A DNA stretch of 63,987 bases, counting the filler, from Diploschistes diacapsis (taxonomy: Eukaryota), in NCBI GenBank assembly GCA_023645945.1. It is 5 parts of 5 records of this genome, joined end to end, with 100 filler letters (N's around TTAATTAATTAA, not from the genome) between each part and the next. Parts side by side here need not be neighbours in the genome. Positions count along the whole stretch, not along the records: positions 25,292 to 56,565 come from JALAIB010000117.1; 4 more parts are not named here. One strand, written 5' to 3'. Under the pieces are notes generated by a model. That model did not search any database. It had not been told where the DNA came from and saw only the letters and a list, made by a program, of their open reading frames with translations. Positions within the stretch are counted from its first letter, which is position 1, and every line of letters begins with the position of its first letter. The position numbers and the translations under genes are program-made. Positions 25,557 to 39,011 of this stretch are shown in pieces.

Positions 25557-26296
25557 ATGCAGCACATCCCCAAAGACTCTCTGAGCCGCTCTCTTCCCTC
25601 CCGCCTGGCATACGTCCACTGCTTCCTCGGCTTCGGCGCCTCCGACGGCAGTGCCATCCAAGCATCCGCACCTCTTCTGGGCCCGCTGGATTCCTGCCCT
25701 TCTCGATGGCATCTACACCAAGCTGTTAAACGTACGACATCACTGCCTCCGCCTTCCCGCCCAAACTCGGCCACGAGCTCGAGGAGGCCTCCGCGCCCCA
25801 GTCGCCCGAAGAACTGACTCTGCAACACCCGCACATCAAGCGCCAGATGTCATTCCTACGGGGCTACATCCTGCGCGTAGCGGGCAACGCCGACTGGTCC
25901 CCCGAGTCGAAGTTGTGGGAGTACATGGACCATGTAGCCATCATGCATACGGGCTCGCCAGGTTTCAAGCATGGACAGCACAGACCAGAACTAAGGGTCG
26001 AATACGAGCACACCGCGCTGCTGCTTGGATATCTAGAAGATATGATTGTGGACGCGGTGATGGGAATGGCGGAGGTTGAGTTCGAGACGAGAGTTGCTGT
26101 GTTCAGGGCTTGGAACAAGGTGCTCTGGGTACAGAATGATCTCTTCGCGAGGCATTATGTAAAGGGCGTTGAGGAGGTGAGGGAGGGGAAGGAGAAGGTA
26201 GGTGCGGCCGGAGTATGGGATGGCATGGTCAGGGATGTAGTCATAGGGACTCTGGGAGGGGTGCTGATGGTTGGCCTTTTTACCTTGTTGAGATAG
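25557..26296 (+). CDS. Protoglobin/globin-sensor-domain protein with C-terminal hydrophobic helix; two apparent frameshifts near 25690 and 25730
   Basis: Reconstructed LPSRLAYVHCFLGF..D..AIQASAPLL.PL/IPALLDGIYTKLL/YDITASAF; FLRGY; WEYMDHVAIMHTG; AWNKVLWVQNDLFARHY. Confidence 0.8.
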
Positions 26297-26496
26297 ACAC
26301 AACGTGAGCTGTCATTGTTGTGTGTTAGGTCTGGCTCGTTCGTTTGCAACTCGTTAGCTGTCTCGACGGGGCTTAGCACACAAACTACTTTAGGGAGAAC
26401 ATTTCGAAGCCTCGTAGCGCAACATCGTCTAACTCTATTTGGAAGACGTAATTCTAATTTATTTTTGCTATTTGATTCAGCATATCACTTCATTCG

Positions 26497-28199
26497 TTAT
26501 CTTATGTTCCCCAAACTATCAGGTGGCTTCCATGTCTCCTCCTGCTTTGTGCCCAGCGGCTTCCAGGATCCTCTTCGCGGTCTTCCGGGACCGTTGGAAT
26601 CATTCCTCTTCTCATCTCCGCCGGGGAACCCATTCGCATGGCTGAAAGCCTGCCCGGAGCTCATACTGGTGGGAGTCTCGTGAATGGGATTCGGAGGTTG
26701 ACGGTTCTGGTCTGTGTTAAGTGGGAGTAATGGTTGCCCCTGGGCTTTGTGAAGATGTTTCGCCCCACGGGCTGAGTCGTGTGTTCGATCGTATAAGTAG
26801 AGGCCAATAAACGTGAGTCCGATACCGACGGCTTGCACACTAGTTGTAGGTTGACGGAACCATAGAATCGCGACGACGATTACAAAAACGCGTTTGATGA
26901 GTGATGCGACCGAGTAGGTGACGGGTGAGATCATGGAGAGAATGACGAAAGCGATGATGTTCTGACCGAAGTGGAAGATGCCGTTGAAAACGAATTCGCT
27001 GGTGAGACGTCCATGATCAAGAGCGTGTGGTGTGCTGGATAGTGGGAGACTTCCTGACGTGTAAACGTCCGAAAGGATAGCCAAGCCTTCTGTCCACACC
27101 CACAGCGGAAACGTTAGTAGAAAGGCCAAGGTGGAACTGTAGCATAGTAGATTGAGTTTGTCGAGCTTTTTCGGACGACCCTGAGATGGCGGGAGGGCAT
27201 CCGCCTCTGCTCGAGCGGCTTCATTAAACAGCTTCTTCGAAAATATATTCTGCGAAACGAAGATCAACGCTGCAAAAAAGGCACTGAGAATTCCACTTAT
27301 ATTTCCGGAGAGCTCCACACTGCAGGCCAAGATAACGCCAAGAGTCAATGGCACCAAAGATAGGTAAGTACTCATTGAGTAGTGAATATTGAAGATCATA
27401 CGGTAGGCTAGAACAGTAAACAGAGGTGAAAGCCCCTTGATGGTGTGTACCAGAGACACCGGTATCTGTGCAGTTGCTGTCGAGGAGAGTACATGACCCC
27501 CAAGCTGGAATAGAGCAAGCGGTAGAGTTGTCACAACCACCTCACGGCTGATGGGTCGAATGCCATGCTTTAGTGCTGGAACGGCAGTGCGAAACGCGGC
27601 CGACCTCTTGGCTAATTGCGCAAGGAAGAAACACCAAAGTGACACGAATGCAAACTGCACTATAGTCAAGGTGATGGGTCGTGGAAAGGCATTTAAGATC
27701 GATTTGGACGAGGTGTTGGTTAGAGCAGAACTCAAGTACCAGATCAGGCAAAGGACCTTTTGCACTCATTAATTGAACAGCAACAATGGCAAGAGCACTG
27801 ATGTGAACATACCACAAGCTTGACGGAGACTGGCGCTCTGAGCGCTTCAGCTATCTCCTGAGCGTTAGCACTGACACTGCCTTGCCGCCCTCTGATAATC
27901 TTGATAGCATCGGTAAGGCTCCTTTGGCGATTGTGTCCTCTCGGCCAACCATTTGCGAAGCCATTGGCCCAAGTATGATTATTATCCTTCCTAGCAGCCC
28001 ATCTTTCACTGTACAAGACTCCATTCGGCCTTGCCCTATTGGGACTTTCAGAGGGCCTTCTGTCGGTAACCCAGCCGTCCGCTTTCTCCTCATAAATTGT
28101 GAAATGCTCGCGCGCGTGGCAGGTGGGGTCGAAGTCAGGGAACTTCGTGGTTTCCGACGGGTTGGATTGTGCAGACCATCTTCGATCCGTACTGTTCAT
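26497..28199 (-). CDS. Triose-phosphate-transporter family protein (SLC35E1/Sly41-like); intron about 27757-27812
   Basis: PVSLVHTIKGLSPLFTV, SQNIFSKKLF, KLDKLNLLCYSS, SPVTYSVASLIKRVFVI; multiple TM segments. Confidence 0.92.
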
Positions 28200-28798
28200 G
28201 ATCTCGCTTCCGCCCCGCGAGGCAACTGACAGAGCGCGGAGCAGGTACTGCAGCTTTTGCCAAAGCCTCCACTGCAAAGGAAAGACTGCATCATTTTGAC
28301 ATTTTCGTCCCAGGTCTGCGCAAAGTAGCGGTGCCGCAAGTTCTCCAGTGAGGTCCGATGCTGACGCACCTAAGGCGCTGACTTGGGCGGAGTGACTGCA
28401 GAATAAGATTTGCGTTGAGCGACAACTGATTGGGCGTAGAAACGATGATCACTCGATAGCCCAGTAGCACGTAGCAGTAAATGTTCTGTTTGTCGTACTG
28501 GTATGAATTGGTCATTCCAAGATTAACTGTTACCCGACTGGGGTCGAGTGCATCAAATACTGTATGCGCAACAGGTGCCAAATTGGGCCAATCAGCTAAG
28601 GTGCTGGGGCTCATTGCTTCTCTTGGTCTTAGCCACCTTATCTCCGAAAATGACTCTTCTCATACCCAGCAATTTGAGGCGGGATTTTACAACTTATGAA
28701 TACTATTTTAGAAGCTGTTGGCTATGCTGAGTATTCAAATGTCAGTGAACTAAAAAGCCTTACTTCTAATCGTATAATAAACTTGATCCAACGTCGAG

Positions 28799-31599
28799 AT
28801 GACACAAACCACGCTACTCGACTTTTCTGAAGACTGGGCAACACTTGGGCCTTTCCAGATTGGTACTCGAGGCAAGTGAGAGACGGACGCCGCCACAAAT
28901 CCTCAAACCTGGGCTAAGTGTTCCCAGAGGCAGTATGGGGCGCCGATCCATTAGAGTACTATGGAGGTTTCCGATCTCTAGAATTCCACGAGGACGCAGC
29001 TTACCCCAGCTCACTCGGGTTGAACGGGGTCGTAAAATGGAAGAGGCTGAAAGCCTCTACTTGCACTCCTGTGGGAGAATCTGTTATTAGCAATGTCACG
29101 GTAGCTTGGCCAGAAGTGAAATGGGAATACCAACGATTGGTTTATGGCTGGGCTTCGCTTCAGTATCAAGCATGGATTCGAGGAACACTCACCCTCCATG
29201 CTCGGGATACCAAAGCTATCATGCTATCCGTGAAGAACGTCCTGGAATATCGGCTTGACGGTTGTTCTTTCTTTGGAGGTGACTTTTATGGCTTTAATAG
29301 GGCGCCAGTTATGATGTCCCTCGATCCAGGAGAACATCGCTTAGATATTCGTTTAGTCAGAGATGTGAGAGCCATGGGAGGTATTGGAGACCCCAATATT
29401 TCAATAATCGTTGAAGTCAAACCCTCGACGGATGAACTCTACATTGAAACGGGTAAGATTCTTGTGCCGGAAATCATCGACGGTCATTCTTTGGCTGGTC
29501 AGGTTGGCTCAGTCCCTATCGTCAATCAAATGCAAGACTGGGTCGATGTCCTTACCGTTGAGACGCAACCTAAGGTTAGAAGTCAAGAAAATAATACATT
29601 GTGGGATTGACTTTACTGCAGGGCGATGCTGAGGTTTCAATACTTGGCAAGTCTACCGTGACCATCGCGCCAGGACAATCAAGGTCGCTTACCATAGCGT
29701 TCGAAACAGTGGGCAAGGCTGCACGGTCCATGACACTTCGTCTGAGTTACAGGACGCAAAGTTCGCCTCAGATAAAGTACACGCGGTGGAGCTCTCTTAC
29801 TTTTACTGCGAGGAAGATCTCAGAACCGCATAGGATGACATTCCTTCACCCTAGTGGAACAGTGTCTTACGCCATATTGCGAGCCCCTGTGCATAGTGTA
29901 AATCAAGAGTTTAAAAACGAATCGCTTCCCATACTGCTCAACCTGCATGGTGCAGGCCTGGAAGCGGAGAGTGATCAAGTAAGACATATGCTAGACTCCG
30001 TGAAGAGCATCAATGCATGGGTTTTATTTCCCACCGGAGGTACAGCTTGGTCTGGAGACGATTGGCGTGAGTGAATCCGTCGTTTTCTCCGTTCATCTTC
30101 TGAATAGTACAGATACTTGGGGGTTTGGCGACGTGCAGGCAGCAGTAGCAGCCATACCAAGCTGGATCAATATCATGTCTTGGACCGGACCCCTAGCGAG
30201 ACTCGACGCATTGTACGTCACTGGGCACTCAAATGGTGGACAGGGAGCATGGTACGCCTTGACTCACCTGCCGGATAATATAAAGGGTGCTGCTCCGGTG
30301 TCCGGCTATTCATCTATCCAGGCTTACGTTCCTTACACGTTTTGGCACGAAGCGGACCCCGGTATTGCTTCCATTATCCAGAAATCTCTTTCCAATTATC
30401 GTCACGAGTTATTAATAGATAATGCCAAAGGTATTCCGATCCAGCAACAACACGGCGACATGGATGACAATGTCCCGCCATTCCATTCGCGCCGTATGTA
30501 TCAACTTCTTACTCAGACCGAGTCTTCTCCGAGCTACAACGAACTCAGTGGCAAAGGTCACTGGTATGACGGCGTCATGGTCACCCCTAAACTGCAGAGG
30601 TTCTATGAGAAAATATCAAACGGCGACGCCGATATATCGAGGCTCCCTCGAGTGTTCTCTATCGTAATACCTTGTTCAGGAACGATGGGTTCTCGCGGCG
30701 GCATATTTGTGGAACAACTCGTTTCGCCTGACCAACAAGGTCGCATCGATGTACAGAGGAACGACAGCGATTCTTGGATGGTAACCACATCAAACATTCG
30801 ACGGTTTCGGTTCTCTTTGCGCGGGTGCAGAGACAACCCCTGCAATTCCATGGTTGTTGATGGGTGTAAGATCTCTTTAAAAGCTTCTCCCAATGGTCAC
30901 CAGCGCTGGTTCGACAAAGACTCCGACGGTTTCTGGACGGTTGGTTATGCTCTATCCAACACAAGAAGGAATACTGACTCCATGTAGATCCACACAGCTG
31001 CTGTAAGGAGAGCTCGAGTTGAGAGGGTTGGAGACCAGCTAGGAAATATCGAGGCCGTTTTACGGACTCGGGGCGAGATGCGAGTTCGATACGCACCACT
31101 GGATGTGCTCTCAGAGGCCCTACAAATAACTCGTAATTTGTATCAGTACTTTGGCGCAAGTTGCGAGTTGGCCGAATATAGTAAGTCTGTAGAAGGGTCA
31201 GGTAATGTGATTAGCGTCCTGCAGGGCTTACCCAGTGTCGTTTTGAAGAGCTCGAGATGGGAGGCAGATTCTCATCCAATTGCAATCACAGACCACTGCG
31301 TTGAGATCAGTCGGAATGACGGTTCATCGTCAGCTCTCAAGCACTATCCCTTGGAGCCAGGACTAGGAGCTATATTCCTAGTTCCCAGGCCCAATGAGGC
31401 CGTTGAGCTTCGTGTCTGGGGACGTGATAGCGAAGGTCTGGGTCATGCTCTCAGACTTGTACCTAGTTTGACTGGCGTTGGCCAGCCAGACTTTGTCCTA
31501 TTGAGGAGGGAGTGTGCGTGGAAGGGAAGCGCGGGAGTCCTTGCCATGGGTTTCTTCGACTCGCAATGGCAAGTATCAAGAGGCTCATACTTGAGTTAA
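28799..31599 (+). CDS. Uncharacterised alpha/beta hydrolase (peptidase S9-like), multi-exon; 5' end uncertain, with a frameshift
   Basis: LLNLHGAG, WSGDDW, nucleophile elbow VTGHSNGGQG, QQHGDMDDNVP (Asp), GKGHWY (His). Confidence 0.82.
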
Positions 31600-32060
31600 G
31601 CCATTATCGTAAGTAGACGTGTCCATATCATACAGCACAAGTCGTTCAATCTTTGCCGCGTCTGCAACACAGAAGGACAGTCCGGCCCTTCCGCTGTCGT
31701 TCTTTCCGTAGAACAGAGTCAGCTAATGACATTGGTGTTTAAAAAAAACGGAGAATGCACGACGTGAGCCCAGAAGGGTGTTACTCCGGAAATTGCATGA
31801 TGCTCTTGCCTCTTTGCTGTCAAGGTGTGTTCAGTAAGACGGACATTCTCTTGTCAAAGTCTTTCTCAGTTCTTTCTGTCTCCACTCTCCAAGACATCTC
31901 TTCACCTCTGTCACCATCTAGTAAATCGCCCACTTGCACGGAGCTTCTCGCCTGAAGGGCGTGGTCTTGTCTACTACCTTTGATTGCAGCTTATAGAATT
32001 CAAAATACACCACAAGCAAGAATAGCGGAGCATTTTATAGCTGCTCCGATTATTCACTAC

Positions 32061-34768
32061 ATGATGGAGCTTGAGGCTGCTGAATGTTCTAGTGAAGAGT
32101 CACCCAACAAATTCACCATCCATGAGGACAATAGGACCGACAACACACCCGCAGCTCAATCTGAACTCGGACAGGTAATTAGACATGCATCTCATTGTCA
32201 CGCTGAACTTCCGGGGCTAAAACACTTCTCAGGCATCAAAGCATGCCATCTCCTCCAATGATGGGTTTGAAGAAACTGTTCCGTTAATATCTTCAAAACT
32301 GGGCAATATCGGCAACAGCCGCTCTCCTTCAGCGCCTAAGGTCAGCCTATAATCACTGCTGTTTATGCATTCTTGTCTGATAAGTCTAGAAGCTCAAACT
32401 CGACCAACAGGTTGCCTATTCAGATGGCAAACAAGACGGCAGTGCCGTTGATACTCTACTGGCAAAGCTATCTGCCCAGCAGGCTGTTCTTGAAGAGCAG
32501 AAGAACACTGTTGGTGCTCGACCTGACGATACTTCTACCCCAACTGGTCAAGACAAGCTTGAGATAGCTCCTGACGCGAAAGCCGCAATTAAGGGAGGGA
32601 CCGCAGCCGTTGGTACCGGGCTCATCAACCGATCGACTGCTCCCACGGAAGTTGAGCGTCTGAAGCAGGAGCTCACTGCCGCCAAAGATAGAATACTGAA
32701 GCAGGAGCAGGAGCTCACCAAGACTCGTGTCTCCAACAATGTGCATGAACAAACCGTATCGGGCCCAAACACCAAGGCCGAGAATATTGACAAAACTATC
32801 AGCAATCTTCAGGAAGCTTTCAATGCGACTCGTTCCGTGAGTGGCTATACTCACGACGATGCAAAGTCTGATACCTCAGAGCTTTCTGGAGTTACTGCCT
32901 TCAATCGTGGCGTAAATGCCTGGGATCATAACCTGACCGCCTCCCTCAACGGCAACCTTCCTTCGGGTGCCAACATTTGGTCCCAGGGACCCAGACCACC
33001 CTGGATGAACAGACCCGCAGCACCTGCTCTGCCCCCTTTGATGGTACCGCCTCAACAACAGTTACGTTCATTCTCGGGGTCTACCTCGCCCATTCTTGGA
33101 AATTTGCCGCAGTACCTTGGCGATCCGAACCAGTTCCAGTATGGCAATGGCCTTCGTCGATACAACAATCAGAGCAGCCGCAGTGGTTCTTCCTTCAATA
33201 CTGCGCGCAGTGCTGGCTGGGGCTCTTACGGTACCAGCGGTGAAATGTCTCCACTCACAAGTGTCAGTCCAACTTCATGGCAACCAATGGGTTTGTTTCA
33301 GGCTGTTCAAGGATACCAGCCTCGCCCGATCGGTACGCCACTTTCTCCTACGGCTGCCGAGTTCACTGCTGGCAATGGTAATGGCCCTTGGAACACCACG
33401 GTAAACAGGCCTCATTCTTCTGATTATGGTTTAAAGCTAATTGATCAAAGCAACCGTCCGCTTCTGGGCAGACTTATGTCCCTCCCATGGAGCCCCTGAA
33501 TTATCGTAAACTACTTGATCGCAGTGTGAGCTGCAACTGGAAGTACATCGTTGACAAGATCGTTTGTAATAATGACCAACAAGCCTCCATATTTCTGCAG
33601 CAAAAGTTGAAAGTAGGAACAGCTGAACAGAAGTATGAAATTGTAGAAGCAATCGTGGCCCAGGCGTATCCGCTTATGGTCAATCGTTTCGGAAACTTCC
33701 TGGTTCAACGATGCTTTGAGCATGGGACTCCGGAGCAGGTTGTGGCCATTGCCAATGCCATCCGTGGCAACACCTTGAGCCTCAGTATGGATGCTTTTGG
33801 TTGCCATGTCATTCAAAAGGCTTTTGACGCAGTCCCCGAAGAATACAAAGCTATCATGGTCCACGAGCTCCTGCGTCGGATTCCTGAGACGGTTATCCAC
33901 CGCTACGCATGCCACGTCTGGCAGAAACTTTTCGAGCTACGTTGGAGCGATTCACCACCTCAGATTATGAAGTATGTCAACGAAGCTCTTAGAGGCATGT
34001 GGCACGAAGTTGCTCTCGGCGAGACTGGGAGCCTTGTCGTGCAGAATATCTTTGAAAATTGTCTTGAAGAAGACAAGGTATGTGATGATTTAGCCATAAA
34101 AATGCATTGCTAACTTCCTCTTCCTCAAGCGTCCTTGCATTGACGAGGTCCTCAATAGCATTGACATTGTTGCCCACGGCCAATTTGGTAATTGGTGCAT
34201 CCAGCATATCTGTGAGCATGGCGCTCCTGCCGATCGCAGTCGCGCAATTGATCACGTTCTCCGTTACGCCACTGAATACAGCATGGATCAATTTGCTTCG
34301 AAGGTCATTGAGAAGTGTCTTAAAATTGGCAGCAGCGACTTTCTGGAACGCTACCTTGAGCGAGTCTGCGAGGGTCGTCCTGATAGGCCTCGCATTCCTC
34401 TCATTGATAGTAAGCGTTTCCTACTCGCCCCAAAGAAGTGATGGCTAACCATCTTTGTCAGTTGCTAGTGATCAATACGGCAACTATCTGATCCAGTACA
34501 TTCTGACCCACGCTAGCGCACAGCATCGGGAAGTCGTAGCCTCTCATATCCGGTGAGTAATCTCAAATCGGCGTAAACTCGTGCTCACTTTCGTTCTAGC
34601 AAGCATATGGTCTCCTTGCGGGGTTCGAAGTTTGGATCTCGAGTTGGCTTGCTCTGCTGCAACCCTGCGTATGCCACTCGTCCAGGGCCTGCGGTTCCTG
34701 CTTCTTCATCCCGCTTCAATAGTACCATCAGCGCGCCTACCAACCGCTTCGCTGCCCAGTTCCGCTAG
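32061..34768 (+). CDS. Pumilio/PUF RNA-binding protein with coiled-coil N-terminus, multi-exon; start uncertain
   Basis: PUF repeats NDQQASIFLQQKL, NRFGNFLVQRCFE, DAFGCHVIQKAF, HRYACHVWQKLFE, GQFGNWCIQH, DQYGNYLIQY. Confidence 0.92.
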
Positions 34769-35426
34769 TGGCGTAGGTGTACCTGGCCTCTTCTCTCTTG
34801 TAACTTGCGCGACCAATTTGCGTACTCAGCCTGTCTTTCGCAAGCTTGTACAGCTCCTCGTCTTTGAAACGTTCTATCCAGAATCGTTCAGCCTACTAAC
34901 TTGCTCTGCATCCTCATCTGGTTTCTCGAAAATCGCAACGAGTCCTTTTCTATCGCTTGTTCCTACAGTTCAGATTTACGACATCGGATTTTCTGGCAAG
35001 TCATAATTCTTCGTTGACTTGTCCCAAAACGGCGGGATCTCTTCCCTTAAGCTATTGGAAAGGTCGGGGCCAGACAAAACCATACAGAGAAGAAGACGAG
35101 ATTATGTGTCACATCTACACTTGAAGGCATAGTACTTGTTCATGGAATGCATACAATTGTCACAGAAGGCGTTCCTGCCTATCGTGTTCTGTTTTGGCGT
35201 TTATTACCAAAACTTCCTAATGATAAGTTAATGTCCTAGTTATTTGAGCAGTGCTAAGTGCAAATCCAATAATTAGATTTTAGCTGCGTCCAATACCACA
35301 GTCACTCCTTGACTCTTGCTTTGAAGGTGCCGTGAGAGACCAACTGGCTAAGTCTTTCCCCTCTACCAATTGCTGAATTATGAATATTAGTACTTGCCAC
35401 TTAACACTGCCGGCAAGTTGATCGAA

Positions 35427-36038
35427 TTATTCATCTTCGCCGGTCTCCCAAGGTTTTCTCCGCTTCGCCTTTGTAGATTCAGAGGATTGACCTTCGAGGA
35501 CCGTATCCGGAATAGATTTGATGCCTGGTATTGGCTGACCGGTCGTGATGAGTTCAACTATGTGATCGAAGGTCATGGGATATGGGGGCGATAAGTCTGG
35601 GCCATGATTGGCTGAAGTAGTACCTTCTTTGACTTTAAAGCCAGGTTGCTCTTCAGGCCTTTGTAAAGACTTTGACTCGAGGTCATTTGATATCTGCGGT
35701 ACATTCTTGGAACACCAAAGCTGATATGCAGAAAAATCGATCGGAGCATTGAACTTTCTGCTTTAAGCATGAGCCTGTGCGGCTCTAGTATCCAAGGAAC
35801 GGGATCAGTCTTGCCTAGAATAATAGAAGCATCTCGCCTTCAACGTGAGGTGTTGGGCTTGCTCCGGGCTGAGGTTCTGGCCAAGGATGGCTTGCAAGCC
35901 ATGCTGGAATTCCCCGTCTGTAGACCAAGGATACTCCTCCAGCTTGTTGAATATCTCATCGTCCGCTACCTCTTGGCTACAGTTTGGTGTGGAATCGTCC
36001 GCTGCCTCTTGTGTACAGTTTAGTGTAAAACCTGTCAT
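35427..36038 (-). CDS. PEX14-like HTH plus KPWE-domain protein (PEX39/DUF5572-like); 5' end uncertain
   Basis: YPWSTDGEFQHGLQAILG...LKARCFYYSR; last exon PYPMTFDHIVELITTGQPIPGIKSIPDTVL...RRKPWE. Confidence 0.8.
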
Positions 36039-36205
36039 TTTCACAGCCCATTAGACTGCCGCAATCCTTCCTCAATCTATCTGGTGAATGACCAGGGGAG
36101 TTACTGGAACCGAAATGATTCACAGCCCTTGCTAGCTGACACTGTAGAAAGGAAAAGGTACCCTTTTCTACTTTTTATACAGAGCAGATACGCCTGTATG
36201 AATTG

Positions 36206-36625
36206 GAGATGATGTAGGAGCACCACCTGCTCCCCACCCTGTCCATACAAATCTGATAATTAATCTGCGTACACGCTAAGTTATATCCCATACAAATTTG
36301 TATGTGCATTTCCTCAAGCTTTTCTCAAGTTATCTAGTAGCCGCACAAAAGTTCATGTCACGTGATAACGATAACAACTATCATTATCTAATCTAAAAAT
36401 AACCCTTTCCAATACACTTTAGAGCTCATTTTCAGAGCTTAGAGTGTCGCTTTTCAGGCTATCCAGATCATCAATATCTAGATAACCTTCTTGCGACAGT
36501 GTCAGCTGTGGCTCGTATATGTAATGCATACTAATTACTATGGGAACTAGATATGAGCTAAACGGCTTGGCAGGCACACTATATGTGTATAGGGGGGGGA
36601 GCAGGTGGTGCTCCTGAATCATCTC
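36206..36625. mobile_element. About 420-bp non-autonomous TIR element (Mutator-like MITE)
   Basis: TIR GAGATGATnnAGGAGCACCACCTGCTCCCC at both ends in inverted orientation; imperfect 9-bp flanks GTATGAATT/GTAGTAATT. Confidence 0.72.
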
Positions 36626-36913
36626 GTAGTAATTTTACCAAGTATATTACTACTTAGTGCCATATACGTACGAAGGCTGTAACCCTAATTCAAGCCGATC
36701 ACGTGAATTGCTGGAACGCGGTCAATGAACCTTGAATCTACCCGCTTCACTTGCTATATAATCTACACCTTTCATCATCCAAAAAACATGATAATGGCTT
36801 AATGTCTGTCTCACCTTGACATATTGTCTTGTTTTCATCACATGGGAGAATAATCTTGTCTAACCACAACCGCACTGGATCTTGCGTCGATTTTCCAGTC
36901 GGAAGAGCTCAGA

Positions 36914-39011
36914 AATGACGGAGTTTATAGGGTATTGTGCTTTTCTGTCTGCACTAGACGCGTCTAACAGTGTCCTACCTTAGGTCGCGCATCTCGCTCA
37001 TCTCGAAAAGAGACATTCGGTACATCAACATAGGCAACCAAACGGTGAAGAGATTTTTAACCAGGCACCAGATATGTGGGCACACTACACGAGATCAGCT
37101 CCGAGAATTCTACTGTCGCTCTCGAAAATGTGACATCCTATGGTACCGAGGGCAGGCGTCCTGACGAGGAGGTCCCTGCAAACCTTGACAACATCTACGA
37201 ATACATCGTTTTTCGAGGTAGCGATGTGAAAGACCTGCGCATTGAGGAGGGCCCGAAGGAAGCGAAAAAGCGCGAGCCGCCCAAAATACCTGACGATCCT
37301 GCGATATTAGGTGTAAGTTTCTCCGTGTGCACGCAGCAATGTGCGCCCTTTCTGTGCTTTAGCCCATTGTCTTTACTAGTGATGAAGCATTTCGGATGTT
37401 AAATATCTAAGTAATCCGAGAGCGCAAAATCGTGTGGATATTTCCGTTGCCTTCCTTCTGAAACTATATCACCCGCTTCCTATTGGCCTTAGATCTTATA
37501 AAAGCATTGCCTAACCTTTGCTTGTCTGACAGAGCACACGAAAGCCTACCGGGCCTACGGCTCCGGAATCAAAACCCTCCGTCACCCCTACGGCACAGTC
37601 GCAAACATCCGGCGAGCAGAGCGCCAACGCTCCCCAAGGTCCACCGCCCAGCCAACCTCCCACAACTCGTCAACAGCCACCTCCATTTCAGCATCAGCCA
37701 TATCCGTACCAGTTTTCCGGCCCTCCCCAGCGATTTGGCCCTGGCGGCCCTGGAGGTTCAGGCGGCTTTCCTCCCGGTCCACCTGGGTACGGGTTTCCAG
37801 GTATGCCATATGGAGCTCCACCAGGCTGGTACCCGCCACAAGGGTTCCCTCATCATATAGGCCCTAATCAATTTCCTCAGCCTCAAATTCCCATTAGCCA
37901 TCTAGGTCAACGACAACAGATACCGCTTCACCACACGCCTAATAATCTGAATGCGGCCTCCCCCGGCTTTCCTGTCCCTGAGGAGGAGACGAAAAATGAC
38001 GAGACGAAGCCAATCGCAACTGTGAAGCTTCCTGCCTTGGTAGATTCTCCGCCCCTGCAACAGCCGAGCCATGGTGTTTCATCACCCTCATCAAATGAGC
38101 CTAAGATTGACGTTGCCACCATGCCTGGGCCTACCGAAGCTTTACCTGGTAGCCAACAACTGGAGAAGATAGCGTCCAAGAACGGTCGAATAGTACCAGC
38201 GATTCCATATAGCCCACTGTCGAAGAAGGTAGCATCGACCGATGGCGCCACGAAATCTGCAATAAGTGGAGGAGAAGCAGTGCCGATGCCAGCAACATCG
38301 AAATCTTTGGAAGAAGCAAACCGTGATGCTCGGGCAGCAGTCGCTGCAGCCATGGCGAAACTACCGTCTGGCGAGAAAAAACCGGCGGATAGCGCAGGCG
38401 CAATGGAGAGCGTCACCAAGGCAATAAGTGAGCTGAAGACAAATGAAACTTCCAGAGGCTCACGGGGCAATCGAGCTGGTCGAGGGGGTAATCGTGGAGG
38501 ACGTGATCAGGGACGGCGCGTTGACGTCCCCAAAACAGATTATGACTTTGAGTCAGCCAATGCAAAGTTCAACAAGCATGACTTAGCCAAAGAAGCTATT
38601 GCTACTGGCTCTCCCATTGAAGCTCCAAACAGCATTCCGGACGGAGACGGGTTTGAAGAAGGCTTAAAAAATGCCAGGAAGGGTAGCGAGCCCGGCCTAT
38701 CTGTTCCCGTGGGCGCCAGCTATAATCGAACTTCGTCATTTTTTGATGACATATCCAGCGAAATCAAGGATCGTGCGGAGAATAGGGAGTCGGCACAGCG
38801 TGTAGGTGGTCGCGAATTTCGGCACGAGGAACGACAGAAAAATTTGGAGACCTTCGGGCAAGGTTCTGTGGACAATAATTATCGATATGGCCGTGGACGC
38901 GGGCGTGGTCGCGGATATGGTCGAGGTCGCGGAAGAGCCTACGATGGCCGTAGTGGGGGTAGAAGTAGTGGCAGAGGTCGCCAGACCTCTGCTACAGTTG
39001 AGGGATCGTAG
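36914..39011 (+). CDS. SCD6: Scd6/Lsm14/Sum2 P-body protein, multi-exon
   Basis: Lsm14 domain FIGSRISLISKRDIRYVGTL...YEYIVFRGSDVKDL; DYDFESANAKF (FDF), SFFDDISS (FFD), ETFG and RGG tail. Confidence 0.95.

Noticed and set aside
36680..36688. TAACCCTAA telomerase-template-like 9-mer (also reverse at 47649-47657)
   Set aside because: Little room for a roughly 2-kb RNA and no pseudoknot or other conserved element recognised; chance match or promoter telobox
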